Below, one piece after another: positions 27,882-38,163 of a stretch of DNA of 64,000 nucleotides; positions within the stretch are counted from its first letter, which is position 1; each line of letters begins with the position of its first letter. Source of the stretch: Granulosicoccus sp. (GTDB lineage Bacteria > Pseudomonadota > Gammaproteobacteria > Granulosicoccales > Granulosicoccaceae); the NCBI GenBank assembly GCA_020627685.1, contig JAHDGK010000007.1, forward strand, positions 27,612 to 91,611, in the 5' to 3' direction. A program made the translations under genes and the position numbers. The notes beneath the pieces are model-generated. The model searched no databases, was not told where the DNA came from, and was given only the letters and a program-made list of their open reading frames with translations.

Positions 27882-28976
27882 ATGATCAAGAAGTACTTTG
27901 CACTCAGTCTTGTAACAGCGAGTATCGTAATTGCAGGTTGTTCATCAGACGATAACAACACGACTACAACTCCGACTCCGACTGATCCTGCGGCCACACC
28001 AGGTGTGGGTGGAACGGCTTTCGATAGCATTGCCAACTCCCCTGATCACAACACTTTGGAAACAGCCATCACGACAGCAGGTCTGGCTGATGCTCTAGAC
28101 AACCCGGCAAACGCCTTCACTATTTTCGCACCAACTGACGCTGCCTTCACAGCGCTAGACAATGACGGTGACGATGCCACATTGACAACAGCTCAGTTGC
28201 TCGAAGAAGCTAACCGTGCTCAACTCGTTCGTATTCTTCAGTATCACGTCATCTCTGGTGATGTGTCTTCAACTGCGGTCAGCCAACTTATTACTGATGC
28301 CGGTGATGGTGCAGCAACAGCGAACACCCTTTTGGTTGATGGCGCAACAACTCAGGTTCTGACATTTACATCCAGCGATGCACCTTCCGGTGTATCTGTA
28401 AACAACGTCGGTATCGATACAGTAGATGTCATTCCTGCTGACCAGGAATCTACTCAAGGCCGCGTACACGTTATCGGTTCACTGCTGACTCCTCCAGCGG
28501 CTCCAGATGGTAATACTGACGGAACAACTGACGGTACGACTGATGGCACAACCGACGGTACTACTGACGGCACAACTGATGGAACCACTGACGGTACAAC
28601 GGGTGGTGGCACAGGTGGAGCGGCTCAGACGGCTCTTGAAAATGCGGGTACTTACTCAACATTCCTGTCTACATTCGGTGCTGCATACGGCCTGCAGAAG
28701 CTAGACCTGGCTGAAGATGGTGATCCATGGACAATCTTCGCGCCTACTGATGCGGCTCTAGGTGGTGCGGCTTTGACTGTCAACGATCACATTGCAACGG
28801 GTAACAAGTTGACTCCAGCGGCTCTGCTTGCTGCAGGAACGTTCACCTCTTTCACGGGTAACAGCTACGCAGTGGGTGGAACCGAAGCTGCTCTGACAGT
28901 TGGCGGATTCCCTGTCTCTGTTGTTGGTGATGGCGGTGCGTCAATCACTTACTCTATCGGTGGTGTACTTCAGTAA
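27882..28976 (+). CDS. Fasciclin (FAS1)-domain lipoprotein
   Basis: Lipobox VIAGC; FTIFAPTDAAF...ILQYHVI and a second WTIFAPTDAA domain, joined by a DGTT-repeat linker. Confidence 0.85.
   Translation: MIKKYFALSLVTASIVIAGCSSDDNNTTTTPTPTDPAATPGVGGTAFDSIANSPDHNTLETAITTAGLADALDNPANAFTIFAPTDAAFTALDNDGDDATLTTAQLLEEANRAQLVRILQYHVISGDVSSTAVSQLITDAGDGAATANTLLVDGATTQVLTFTSSDAPSGVSVNNVGIDTVDVIPADQESTQGRVHVIGSLLTPPAAPDGNTDGTTDGTTDGTTDGTTDGTTDGTTDGTTGGGTGGAAQTALENAGTYSTFLSTFGAAYGLQKLDLAEDGDPWTIFAPTDAALGGAALTVNDHIATGNKLTPAALLAAGTFTSFTGNSYAVGGTEAALTVGGFPVSVVGDGGASITYSIGGVLQ
28506..28601 (+). repeat. Eight 12-bp coding tandem repeats (DGNT + 7x DGTT)
   Basis: GAY-GGN-ACN-ACN units diverged at synonymous positions, inside the fasciclin gene. 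Confidence 0.95.
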
Positions 28977-29077
28977 AACCGACTCACCCGAATCGGACTC
29001 CATTGCTGGTAGTCTGATATACAACGGGAGCAAACGGTCCACTCAGTCTGCCTTTATGGTGTTCTGAAGTGTTATAG

Positions 29078-29110
29078 AAGCCGGAGAATCGCGTGATTCT
29101 CCGGCTTTTT
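29078..29110 (+). terminator. Intrinsic terminator after the fasciclin gene
   Basis: AAGCCGGAGAATC-GCGT-GATTCTCCGGCTT followed by a T run. Confidence 0.85.
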
Positions 29111-29149
29111 TGTTTGTGTTGTTAACTTTTGAATCTGCAGAATGCTTTT

Positions 29150-30316
29150 ATGACTATTCAAATCAATAGCCAGTTCGATGGTGGAAATATCGAAGTCGTC
29201 GAATGCCGTGACGGTGCTCCCGTTAAGCTAGCGATTAGGCAGGACACATCTTCAGAGTTCTATCAGTGGTTCTTTTTCAGCGTGTCGGGCTTGTCCGGGC
29301 AAGAATGCCGATTCGAGATTGTGAATGCAGGGCAGTCTTCATATGCCAAGGGCTGGGAAGGCTATGATGTTGTGACGTCTCAGGATAGACATCACTGGTA
29401 CCGAACACCGTGTGAGTATGAGGGCGGCGTCCTGTCATGGGACGTGAACACAGATGCAGATGTAGTCTGGTTTGCCTATTTCGCACCGTACACCTTAGAT
29501 CAGCATGCAGATTTAATCGCTGCGGCTGCCTGTGCTAATGGGGTGGAGTACCAGAGTTTAGGGCTTACCCATCAAGGCCGGCGCATAGATTATTTGAAAG
29601 TTGCTGCGCTGCCAACGGAATCCATGAATGACCCGGTCAATCAGGCGCGTTCAAAGTTATGGGTCATTGCTAGGCAGCATCCTGGTGAGCCAATGGCAGA
29701 ATGGTGGATGGAGGGTTTTCTCGATCGCCTCCTTGATGAAGATGACGCAACGAGTCGGGCCTTGCGTCAGTTAGCGGATGTACATGTGGTTCCGAATATG
29801 AATCCGGATGGAAGCTTTCTTGGAAACTTGCGAACCAACTCTCTTGGGGTCAATTTGAATCGTGAATGGGATGCCCCGAGTATGGAGCGCAGCCCTGAGG
29901 TATATCTGGTTAAACAGAAAATGACTGAGACGGGAATTGATTTAGCGTTAGACGTGCATGGTGATGAGGCTCTGCCTTACAACTTCATAGCCGGCACTGA
30001 AGGTTTGAGCAGTTGGAATGAAGAAAAAAATGCAAGGCTCATCGCTTTCAAACAAACCTGGAGCGCGCTAAATCCGGATTTCCAAACAGCACATGGCTAT
30101 CCGCGAACACCCCAGGGCAAGGCGAATATGTCAGTGTGCAGTAGTCAGCTGGCCCATAGCTTTAATTGTCTAGCCATGACGTTGGAAATGCCGTTTAAGG
30201 ATACGGCCGATACACCTCGGCCGCATACTGGGTGGTCTCCTGAACGCAGTATGCGTTTAGGAGCCTCGTTTGTTGATATGGCTTATCTGGCGTTGACTGA
30301 CAAGCTTCTTAGCTAA
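29150..30316 (+). CDS. M14-family zinc carboxypeptidase (cytosolic carboxypeptidase-like)
   Basis: INSQFDGGNI, YQWFFF, AYFAPY, ARQHPGE, PNMNPDG, NLNREW, DVHGDE and TLEMPFKD motifs. Confidence 0.88.
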   Translation: MTIQINSQFDGGNIEVVECRDGAPVKLAIRQDTSSEFYQWFFFSVSGLSGQECRFEIVNAGQSSYAKGWEGYDVVTSQDRHHWYRTPCEYEGGVLSWDVNTDADVVWFAYFAPYTLDQHADLIAAAACANGVEYQSLGLTHQGRRIDYLKVAALPTESMNDPVNQARSKLWVIARQHPGEPMAEWWMEGFLDRLLDEDDATSRALRQLADVHVVPNMNPDGSFLGNLRTNSLGVNLNREWDAPSMERSPEVYLVKQKMTETGIDLALDVHGDEALPYNFIAGTEGLSSWNEEKNARLIAFKQTWSALNPDFQTAHGYPRTPQGKANMSVCSSQLAHSFNCLAMTLEMPFKDTADTPRPHTGWSPERSMRLGASFVDMAYLALTDKLLS

Positions 30317-30321
30317 GCAGT

Positions 30322-31800
30322 TTATTGAAACGCTGTTTCAAAAAAGCTTCGAAGTTTTCTTGAATGAAGTCGTTCAGATTTCATCTCACTCATTTTGCTC
30401 AAAGCCAACATACCGATTTCAAGGTGTTGGGCCACTTGGTTTTGATAAAACTCAGATGCCATACCAGGCAGTTTGAGTTCACCTTGCAAGGGTTTGTCAG
30501 ACACGCAAAGCAGTGTGCCGTAGGGCACCCTGAGACGAAACCCGTTAGCTGCGATGGTGGCAGACTCCATATCCAGCGCTATGGCTCTGGATTGAGATAG
30601 TCGTCTTACCGGTTCGCGCTGATCCTGCAACTCCCAGTTTCTATTGTCGATAGATGCCACGGTTCCGGTGCGCATGACTCTCTTTAACTCATAGCCGTTT
30701 AATCCGGTAACCTCAGCTACAGCACCTTCCAGCGCTTGTTGAACTTCGGCTAAGGCAGGTACAGGGACCCACACGGGTATGTCAGCATCAAGCACTTTGT
30801 CCTCACGAACGTAGGCATGCGCTAATACGTAGTCTCCGAGTTCCTGGCTATTTCGAAGGCCCGCACAGTGTCCCAACATAAGCCAAGCATGGGGTCTTAG
30901 TACTGCGATATGGTCCGTAATAGTCTTGGCATTTGATGGGCCAACTCCGATGTTGACCAATGTGATGCCTGAACCGTTTCGTGCTTTAAGGTGGTATGTG
31001 GGCATCTGCGGTTGGCGCGGCGGGGCACTGCCTTCGCTAGGTGCATCGTCGCCACTCTGTGTAATAACGTTGCCGGGTTCTACGAACGAGTCGTAGTTAG
31101 AGTCCCCGGAGCTCATCATAGTTCTAGCTATGCGGCAAAATTCGTCGATGTAAAATTGATAGTTAGTAAACAGAACATAATTTTGAAAGTGTTCTGGTTT
31201 AGTGGCTGTGTAGTGAACCAGACGGTGCAGTGAGTAATCGATTCTCTGTGCCGGGAAAGGTGCAAGAGGCATGGGTAAACCTGGTTCGATCTCTTGCGTG
31301 CCGTTGACAATGTAGTCGTTGACTTGAGCTATGTCGGGTACGTCGAAGGCATCGCGAAGTGCAGTCGTTATTTTCTGCGGTCGTCTCACCGCTAGAGATG
31401 ACCCGGATTCTAAGGCGAAATGCAGTGGGATAGGTACATCTGATTCTGCTATTTCTATCGGCTGATCGTGGTTATCGATGAGCAACTTGAGTTGGTGGGT
31501 AAGGTAGCCGCGGAATAGGGCAGGTTGGGTAATCGTTGTTGTATACAAGCCTGGTTGATCGACATGACCGTACGAGAGTCTTGAGTCAACGCGGGCGTAG
31601 GTGGTATTTCTGAAACGCACTTCCGGGTAGTAGACACGGACCTTGTGCTCGGGTTGTTCGCCTTCCAGGTAATTGGCAAAGGCTTGCCTTAGGAAGAGGG
31701 TATTTCGGTCGTAGAGTTCGACCAGACATTGCACCGCATCGGCGGCTGACGTGAACCGTTTCGGCTCTTGTAGGGGTGGGGTTGTAAATGTATCGCCCAT
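30322..31800 (-). CDS. amn: AMP nucleosidase
   Basis: RIDYSLHRL.HYT, LFTNYQFY, QMPTYHL, NIGVGPSNAKTITDH, WLMLGHCAGL, DMESAT and LCVSDKPL motifs. Confidence 0.95.
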   Translation of the reverse strand: MGDTFTTPPLQEPKRFTSAADAVQCLVELYDRNTLFLRQAFANYLEGEQPEHKVRVYYPEVRFRNTTYARVDSRLSYGHVDQPGLYTTTITQPALFRGYLTHQLKLLIDNHDQPIEIAESDVPIPLHFALESGSSLAVRRPQKITTALRDAFDVPDIAQVNDYIVNGTQEIEPGLPMPLAPFPAQRIDYSLHRLVHYTATKPEHFQNYVLFTNYQFYIDEFCRIARTMMSSGDSNYDSFVEPGNVITQSGDDAPSEGSAPPRQPQMPTYHLKARNGSGITLVNIGVGPSNAKTITDHIAVLRPHAWLMLGHCAGLRNSQELGDYVLAHAYVREDKVLDADIPVWVPVPALAEVQQALEGAVAEVTGLNGYELKRVMRTGTVASIDNRNWELQDQREPVRRLSQSRAIALDMESATIAANGFRLRVPYGTLLCVSDKPLQGELKLPGMASEFYQNQVAQHLEIGMLALSKMSEMKSERLHSRKLRSFFETAFQ

Positions 31801-31844
31801 CTTATCTCCGATTGAATTCTGGAGTAGGGTAACACAACCTATAG

Positions 31845-33059
31845 TTACTGATCTCGGTACTTTAGATAACCGAGCGACAAAAGTGCTGCGATGACATAGC
31901 CATATTGAAGAATTTTTATATCATCCACTGGCAGGAGTTGGACGGTGATGCAGGTGAGAAGAAAGAATATACCTAAGTAGGCTTGCGAGCTATAGCTCTT
32001 AATGAGCAGGTAATTGACAGCCCCCGTCTTCCGGGCGACGTCAAAAAAGCGTTTATTAAACGCGAGCCGGAAAAAGGATGAGCAAAAGGTTAGCAGTATC
32101 AATGAGACCAGATATCCTGCACCTTCCGCGTTCTCATCGAGCGTAAAGCGCAGAAGCCACGAACCGGCATATAGCCAGCAAGCTGCGGTGTAAACCCTTG
32201 TTACCGCTAGTTGATCAATGCGGTTTTTAATTAAGTAGAACAGGGCCGCAAACACGACAGCCAACAATACAACAGCTACACCTAGGCGGCTAAAGTCCTG
32301 GTCAACGACTAGGAACAGAGACAGAGTCCAGAAATGACTCTCCAAGTAAAGAAAAATACCATCCAGTGCGAAAGTACTTTTCGAGCCGTGAGTATCTGTG
32401 TAAGTCAGGCTTTGCCGAAGGGACATGCTTGAATTGTCGTCTGGAAGGCGGCTGTAAGCTTTGCTCGCCAAATAACTGTAGCTTGCGAAACTCACACCTG
32501 CCGATAGCGCAAGCAACCAGAGGAAGCCACCAAAATCGAGCAACAGGCCTCCCAGCAATATGCCGACTTTTAAAAAGACGGTGACGAAAATCTGAAAATT
32601 GCCATATTGCTTTCCCGTGTTGTTGCCTGCCAACTGTTGTAAAAACAGACTGCGTTGTGTTGTCCAGAAAAAAGCGTTGTACGCACCATTGGCAATTCCC
32701 AAAACTGTCATGGCAACGAAAATACTGCCAAGCGGTTTTGCTGCAGTTGAGTCACCTGTATCAAACAAGGCGCTGCCGGGAATCGTCGTGAACCATCCGG
32801 CACATCCAACCAGCGCCAGCTCGAACACGAAGGTCAGCAGTAATAGATTTTTGGGTTGAAGTTGGCGCCATGCGTGTTGCCATGGTCTCAATGCGGCAAC
32901 GAAGCTCAGTCCCGACACACCGATTAGTAGAGACAGTCCCTCCAAGCCAACGCCATGCTGCCATAAAAAGACAGGCAGAAAAAACGGCAGCAAGCCAATA
33001 AGAAGGGAGTGTGCCCCAAGAAATTGGTAAAAGAATAGGGGGCTGCGTTCAGTGTTCAA
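31845..33059 (-). CDS. MFS-like multi-pass membrane transporter
   Basis: 404 aa with about 12 hydrophobic segments in two halves; 6-bp gap after the upstream ATP-grasp gene. Confidence 0.7.
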   Translation of the reverse strand: MNTERSPLFFYQFLGAHSLLIGLLPFFLPVFLWQHGVGLEGLSLLIGVSGLSFVAALRPWQHAWRQLQPKNLLLLTFVFELALVGCAGWFTTIPGSALFDTGDSTAAKPLGSIFVAMTVLGIANGAYNAFFWTTQRSLFLQQLAGNNTGKQYGNFQIFVTVFLKVGILLGGLLLDFGGFLWLLALSAGVSFASYSYLASKAYSRLPDDNSSMSLRQSLTYTDTHGSKSTFALDGIFLYLESHFWTLSLFLVVDQDFSRLGVAVVLLAVVFAALFYLIKNRIDQLAVTRVYTAACWLYAGSWLLRFTLDENAEGAGYLVSLILLTFCSSFFRLAFNKRFFDVARKTGAVNYLLIKSYSSQAYLGIFFLLTCITVQLLPVDDIKILQYGYVIAALLSLGYLKYRDQ

Positions 33060-33065
33060 TACAGC

Positions 33066-33974
33066 TTAAAACGTGTCTGAATCGGCAACGACTAGTGAAT
33101 CCATTTCGTTATAGAACGCATCCAGATCTTCGGCTTCGCCGTAGCGTGGGACGCTATGCATTCGAGTGTAGGGGCGTGAGTTAACTTCCAGGAAAATACA
33201 ACCCTGTTTGCGATAGTCTGTCTCAATACCTTTCTCAAAGATGACATCGATGCCGAACAGTTTGGCATCGAATGCTTTGATCACTTTTAGGAAAAGTTCT
33301 CTGTTGGCAGCGGGGATCGTGGTCTGATCAATTATTTCAACAACACCGCCTGGAGCGAGGGCGACACGGTTAAATGTGTAGATTCTTTCACCGGCGGCTG
33401 GAACACTTTCAAGTGTTAAACCTTGCTTGGCCAAGTAATCGATAGTTTGTTGGGATTGAGCAATCGGGTAGATTGTCGGAAATAAGCCCATTGATTCGCG
33501 GATAGTATTCTCAGCCTGTATCAGGGAGGCGATGGAGTCTTTGCCGTTTCCATCTACAAACGGCGGGTAGCGACGTATTACTGAGACAAGTTCATCAGGT
33601 GTTGCCAATACACGATAGTTCGCGCCAAGCAGATACTGCTCAACGATGCTGCTAGGCCACCAGACTTTGACCCAGAGTGCTGCTTTCCAGAGTTCCCGGT
33701 AGTTGCGAATGGGGAAGTGGCTGCCTCGCGAGAATCCGCTGACATTCGGCTTAATGCAAAGAGGGAAGCCATGTTCCTTGGCAAACTTGTGTGCAGTCCA
33801 CGGGTTGATGAACAACGTGCCCTTTGCATGCGGAATATCATGCTTGGCGAACATTTCGCGAGCTTGACGCTTCGAACGACTCGCTTTGCGAACCTGCAGA
33901 GAATTGTAATTGCTGCAGCCAGCCATGTACTTCTGGCTGACCCATTTGTAGACGAGCGTTTTAATGGATTTCAC
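33066..33974 (-). CDS. Stand-alone ATP-grasp ligase, cyanophycin-synthetase/GshF-like
   Basis: GFPLCIKPNVSGFSRG, IVEQYL.G.NYRV, P.VDGNGKDSI.SLI..EN, FGIDVI and LEVNSRP motifs; lacks the Mur-ligase half of true CphA. Confidence 0.8.
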   Translation of the reverse strand: MKSIKTLVYKWVSQKYMAGCSNYNSLQVRKASRSKRQAREMFAKHDIPHAKGTLFINPWTAHKFAKEHGFPLCIKPNVSGFSRGSHFPIRNYRELWKAALWVKVWWPSSIVEQYLLGANYRVLATPDELVSVIRRYPPFVDGNGKDSIASLIQAENTIRESMGLFPTIYPIAQSQQTIDYLAKQGLTLESVPAAGERIYTFNRVALAPGGVVEIIDQTTIPAANRELFLKVIKAFDAKLFGIDVIFEKGIETDYRKQGCIFLEVNSRPYTRMHSVPRYGEAEDLDAFYNEMDSLVVADSDTF

Positions 33975-34843
33975 GATGGTATGTGGCGCTCGCCGATCTT
34001 AGCTATGTCAGAAGTGTGTTCAGAGTTGGCTTGTTCAGCTTTACCGCGTCCGTACAGCATCATGCGGGTAAAAATAGGGTGTTTTACATCAGCAGGTTTG
34101 ATGAGCTTGGTTGCGTGAGCCAGACTCATCATTGACGTTCTGATGAACCGCCAACGTTCTGCCCAGCTGTAGGTCTCGTCCAACAAGTTGATAGGCATGG
34201 GTAAGAACAGGTTGATCTCAATGACGTGGAATTTCCCCGCTACGAGATCTTCGTTGGAATCGGCACGGACGCTCATTCGGCTGATACCAAACTGGCCGAT
34301 TTCGGAAAGATAACCAGCCAGCTTTTGTTGTTCGGCAGCAGAGAACTGACTGGTCACATCGGAATAGCGAGTAAACCGGTTGTATTTGCTGTTGATCGGG
34401 AAGTCTTCGCTATCGTTGATTGCCTCGGTGATGGTGAAGACATCGTGGGAATCGTCGTTTCGGTCGGCATCGATACTAAAGAGTTCGAATTCTCGCTGGC
34501 CAGGTGCTGCTTCCTGCAACAAATACCGTTGAGGTTGCTGCTTGAGCCGCGCACGAAGCGTCATTAATTGTGATGCATCATCGGCTCTGTGAATGCCGTG
34601 AGCATTTTGTCCCCACTCAGGCTTGAGAAAAACCGGGTAGCTTGTCGGGGTCAGTGCTTCGGTGTCGATGGTCTGCTGAAGTCGCCACCGCGTTGGGATG
34701 AGCTCGTCGGTGAGCAGCTTGGAGAACACGCCTTGTTCGGCCGAAAAGTAGCGAGCGTTCAATTGCCAGTATCGCCAGGGCGCCGTGGCTATACGCGCAC
34801 AGCTGGCGATGTAGGTCAGAACCATGATGATCGTGATGTGCAT
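33971..34843 (-). CDS. Divergent ATP-grasp-fold protein
   Basis: YPVFLKPEWGQNAHGIHR, YLLQEAAPG.REF and FHVIEIN motifs; GTGA overlap with the next gene. Confidence 0.65.
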   Translation of the reverse strand: MHITIIMVLTYIASCARIATAPWRYWQLNARYFSAEQGVFSKLLTDELIPTRWRLQQTIDTEALTPTSYPVFLKPEWGQNAHGIHRADDASQLMTLRARLKQQPQRYLLQEAAPGQREFELFSIDADRNDDSHDVFTITEAINDSEDFPINSKYNRFTRYSDVTSQFSAAEQQKLAGYLSEIGQFGISRMSVRADSNEDLVAGKFHVIEINLFLPMPINLLDETYSWAERWRFIRTSMMSLAHATKLIKPADVKHPIFTRMMLYGRGKAEQANSEHTSDIAKIGERHIPS

Positions 34844-35034
34844 GACGTCCTACTGCCTACTCCATAAACCGTACAGGGGCATACCCACAACTCCCTATAT
34901 TACCGCGACATGTGGCCTTGCTGCTACTGCCCTGTGGGTTAGAACCTTGCAATCTAGTTACCCGGAAAAGAGGGATATAGCGCTTGTGAACCAGAAAATT
35001 ACGGAAGGTTCCCAATTTGCCTATGTAGGATAGT

Positions 35035-35592
35035 TTATGGAGCGCTGATGGTCAGCTCTCCACCGGTTTGTTTGAGCTCAAAATATCGAAGAAAGCTCAT
35101 TCCGAGTAGGGCTACATCACCATTCATGCCCGGATTGACATGCGCCGGCACGTTTTTCATCGTGAATGGTCCGATTGAGACCTCATCGAGCTCTGTTGCA
35201 TAAACAGTGACTTCTCCATTGGCTGTTTGAACCGGATAGCTTCGGCCCCGAGTCAAGTTAAGTCTGTCTGCAACAAGTATCGGAATGCTGATCTGTGATG
35301 CGCCGGTGTCCACGAGAAATTCAACCGGCTCACCGTTGGCGCTACCAGCAAGTGCATACTGGCCGTATCGATCGGATTTCAAAACGAGCTCTGGCGTTCC
35401 ATCAGCCGAGGTATTCCAATAAGGTTTGGACGCATTCGAGCGAGCAGTGAGCCATTGGTTAGCCAATAAACTCCCGCCCAGAAGCAACATTAGCCAGAGC
35501 AGGGCGATCATCCAACCCCCGATTGCACCGGCTGCATCTGGCGGTAGCTGCTCCGGATCGTCGTCTGAATTATTTTGGGGCGTGTTTTCCAT
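35035..35592 (-). CDS. Clan AA retropepsin-like aspartic protease with N-terminal TM segment
   Basis: FLVDTGAS catalytic motif, V.TANG and ALLGMSFL. Confidence 0.9.
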   Translation of the reverse strand: MENTPQNNSDDDPEQLPPDAAGAIGGWMIALLWLMLLLGGSLLANQWLTARSNASKPYWNTSADGTPELVLKSDRYGQYALAGSANGEPVEFLVDTGASQISIPILVADRLNLTRGRSYPVQTANGEVTVYATELDEVSIGPFTMKNVPAHVNPGMNGDVALLGMSFLRYFELKQTGGELTISAP

Positions 35593-35914
35593 AATTTTTT
35601 GACAATATTTGCAGGCTTTTCGGTCGGTTAACGTTAATAGGTCGATATACCTGCGGAATAAGCCTTGCTATATGACATGACCATCCCAAAATTGGGTAGA
35701 ATTGCGGGTTTACTGCGTCAGGCACCTAGTTTGGTCCGTTTCACGGTGAAGGTGGTTCCTTAATCCGGCTCTTGCAAGTTTAGCTTGGGTACAAAATGAG
35801 GAGCGGCTCTTCCCAAAGATCGGGTCAGAGGGGTGCTTTGTCCGTTTTTCAGCAAGGCAACGTCCGGATAACCGCATATTACCGGGCCTTTTTTCCCAGA
35901 GCGTGAGCATCAAG

Positions 35915-37999
35915 ATGACTGACCTTTCCAACTACCGCAACATCGGCATATTTGCCCACGTTGATGCGGGCAAGACCACAACCACAGAGCGTATTCTCAA
36001 GCTCACGGGCAAAATTCATAAAACCGGTGAAGTTCACGATGGTGAAGCTACCACCGATTTCATGGATCAGGAACAAGAACGAGGCATAACCATCCAGTCG
36101 GCTGCGACCAGCTGTGAGTGGGACGGCCATCGCTTCAACATCATCGATACACCGGGACACGTTGACTTCACTATCGAAGTTTACCGTTCTTTGAAAGTAC
36201 TCGACGGCGGCGTCGGTGTTTTCTGTGGTTCGGGTGGTGTAGAGCCTCAATCAGAAACAAACTGGCGTTACGCCAACGAGTCTGAAGTTGCTCGTTGTAT
36301 TTTCGTCAACAAGCTGGATCGTATGGGCGCTGATTTCTATCGCGTTGTCGGCCAGATTAAAGACGTTCTTGCTGCTCGCCCATTAGTTATGACTCTGCCA
36401 ATCGGTACAGAAGATGATTTCACAGGCGTTGTCGATGTCCTGACTCAAAAAGCATGGATCTGGGATAACTCAGGTGATCCGGCTGCATACACTCTGTCTG
36501 ACATTCCAGAAGACATGGTTGAAATTGCGGCTAAGTACCGTGAAGAGCTGGTTGAAAGCGCACTTGAAATGGACGATGACGCCATGGAGCGTTATTTTGA
36601 AGGTGAAGAGCCAGATATCGAAACACTGCAAAAGTGCATTCGTAAAGGCACCATCGATCTAGTCTGGTTCCCGACTTTCTGTGGTTCAGCGTTCAAGAAC
36701 AAAGGCATCCAGCCTATGCTGGACGGCGTGGTTTCTTACTTGCCCAGCCCGACTGAAGTTAAGCCACAGCCGGAAGTTGATCTTGAAGGTAACGAGACGG
36801 GTGAATTCGCCATCGTTGATGCGAGCCGTCCTTTACGTGCGCTTGCATTCAAGATCATGGACGACCGTTACGGTGCGTTGACGTTTATCCGCATTTACTC
36901 CGGAAAAATTGCAAAAGGCGACACCGTTATGAATACGTTTACCGGTAAAACGGAGCGTATTGGTCGGATCGTGGAAATGCATGCTGACTCTCGTGAAGAG
37001 CTCGATTCTGCTCAAGCCGGTGACATCGTTGCCGTACTGGGTATGAAAAATGTTCAGACAGGGCATACGCTTGCTGATGCTAAGAACCCTGCGACTCTGG
37101 AACCTATGGTATTCCCGGATCCGGTTATCTCTATCTCTGTGTCTCCAATCGACAAAGCAGGTACCGAAAAGCTTGGCGTTGCTATCGGTAAGATGGTTGC
37201 AGAAGATCCGTCCTTCCGCGTTATGACTGATGAAGAAAGTGGCGAAACCATTCTTATGGGAATGGGCGAGCTGCACTTGGACATCAAGATCGACATTCTG
37301 AAGCGTACTCACGGTGTAGAAGTTGAAGTGGGTAAGCCTCAGGTGGCGTATCGCGAAACAATCACTCAGCCTATCGAAGATACCTACACTCACAAGAAGC
37401 AGTCAGGTGGTTCCGGTCAATACGGTCGTATCGACTACACTATCGAGCCTGCAGATCCGGGTACAGGGTTTGAATTCGAATCGAAGGTTACTGGTGGTAA
37501 CGTTCCTCGCGAATACTGGCCTGCTGTTGAAAAGGGCTTCAAGATGTCTATGGAAGAAGGCGTTCTTGCCGGCTATCCATTACTCGACTTCCGCGTTGTT
37601 CTGAATGACGGTGCGTTCCACGCAGTTGACTCCAGCGCTCTGGCGTTTGAAATTGCTGCAAAGGGTGCTTACCGTCAGTCAATTCCAAAAGCGGGTCCTC
37701 AGATCATTGAACCTGTCATGAAGGTTGATGTGTTTACACCTGATGATCACGTCGGTGATGTTATCGGTGACTTGAACCGTCGTCGTGGCATGATCAAGTC
37801 GCAGGAGCCAGGTGCTACTGGTGTACGCATCAAGGCAGACGTACCGTTGTCAGAAATGTTTGGTTACATCGGTGACCTACGCACGATGACATCCGGTCGT
37901 GGTCAGTTCTCAATGGAATTCAGTCACTACAGTCAGTGTCCGAAGAACGTTGCAGACGTTGTAATCAAAGAAGCCCAAGAGCGTAAAGCTGCTAAGTAA
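35915..37999 (+). CDS. fusA: Elongation factor G, stand-alone copy outside the str operon
   Basis: [37 protein letters not shown] and GGSGQYG motifs; no rpsL/rpsG/tuf neighbours. Confidence 0.93.
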   Translation: MTDLSNYRNIGIFAHVDAGKTTTTERILKLTGKIHKTGEVHDGEATTDFMDQEQERGITIQSAATSCEWDGHRFNIIDTPGHVDFTIEVYRSLKVLDGGVGVFCGSGGVEPQSETNWRYANESEVARCIFVNKLDRMGADFYRVVGQIKDVLAARPLVMTLPIGTEDDFTGVVDVLTQKAWIWDNSGDPAAYTLSDIPEDMVEIAAKYREELVESALEMDDDAMERYFEGEEPDIETLQKCIRKGTIDLVWFPTFCGSAFKNKGIQPMLDGVVSYLPSPTEVKPQPEVDLEGNETGEFAIVDASRPLRALAFKIMDDRYGALTFIRIYSGKIAKGDTVMNTFTGKTERIGRIVEMHADSREELDSAQAGDIVAVLGMKNVQTGHTLADAKNPATLEPMVFPDPVISISVSPIDKAGTEKLGVAIGKMVAEDPSFRVMTDEESGETILMGMGELHLDIKIDILKRTHGVEVEVGKPQVAYRETITQPIEDTYTHKKQSGGSGQYGRIDYTIEPADPGTGFEFESKVTGGNVPREYWPAVEKGFKMSMEEGVLAGYPLLDFRVVLNDGAFHAVDSSALAFEIAAKGAYRQSIPKAGPQIIEPVMKVDVFTPDDHVGDVIGDLNRRRGMIKSQEPGATGVRIKADVPLSEMFGYIGDLRTMTSGRGQFSMEFSHYSQCPKNVADVVIKEAQERKAAK

Positions 38000-38018
38000 T
38001 TCCGCTTAAAGGTCATTG

Positions 38019-38049
38019 AAAAAAGGCGCTCACTGAGCGCCTTTTTTTT
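38019..38049 (+). terminator. Bidirectional intrinsic terminator after fusA
   Basis: AAAAAAGGCGCTCA-C-TGAGCGCCTTTTTTTT. Confidence 0.88.
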
Positions 38050-38163
38050 GTCTGAAATATCACTTCAAAAAGTCTTGATTCGCGGGTATAAAAAAACCGC
38101 TACAGCTCAAATGAACGGTAGCGGTAAGGGGTCGGGGTCATTACTGATTGGTTTTTTTAACCC

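Noticed and set aside
28506-28601. CRISPR-like or VNTR array
   Set aside because: 12-bp in-frame coding repeats without spacers; no cas genes in the window.
33066-33974. Cyanophycin synthetase CphA
   Set aside because: Only 302 aa; lacks the Mur-ligase-like domain and an adjacent cyanophycinase.
29150-34843. M14 carboxypeptidase as the eraser partner of the ATP-grasp ligases
   Set aside because: Opposite strand and separated by amn; there is no sequence evidence for a link beyond proximity.
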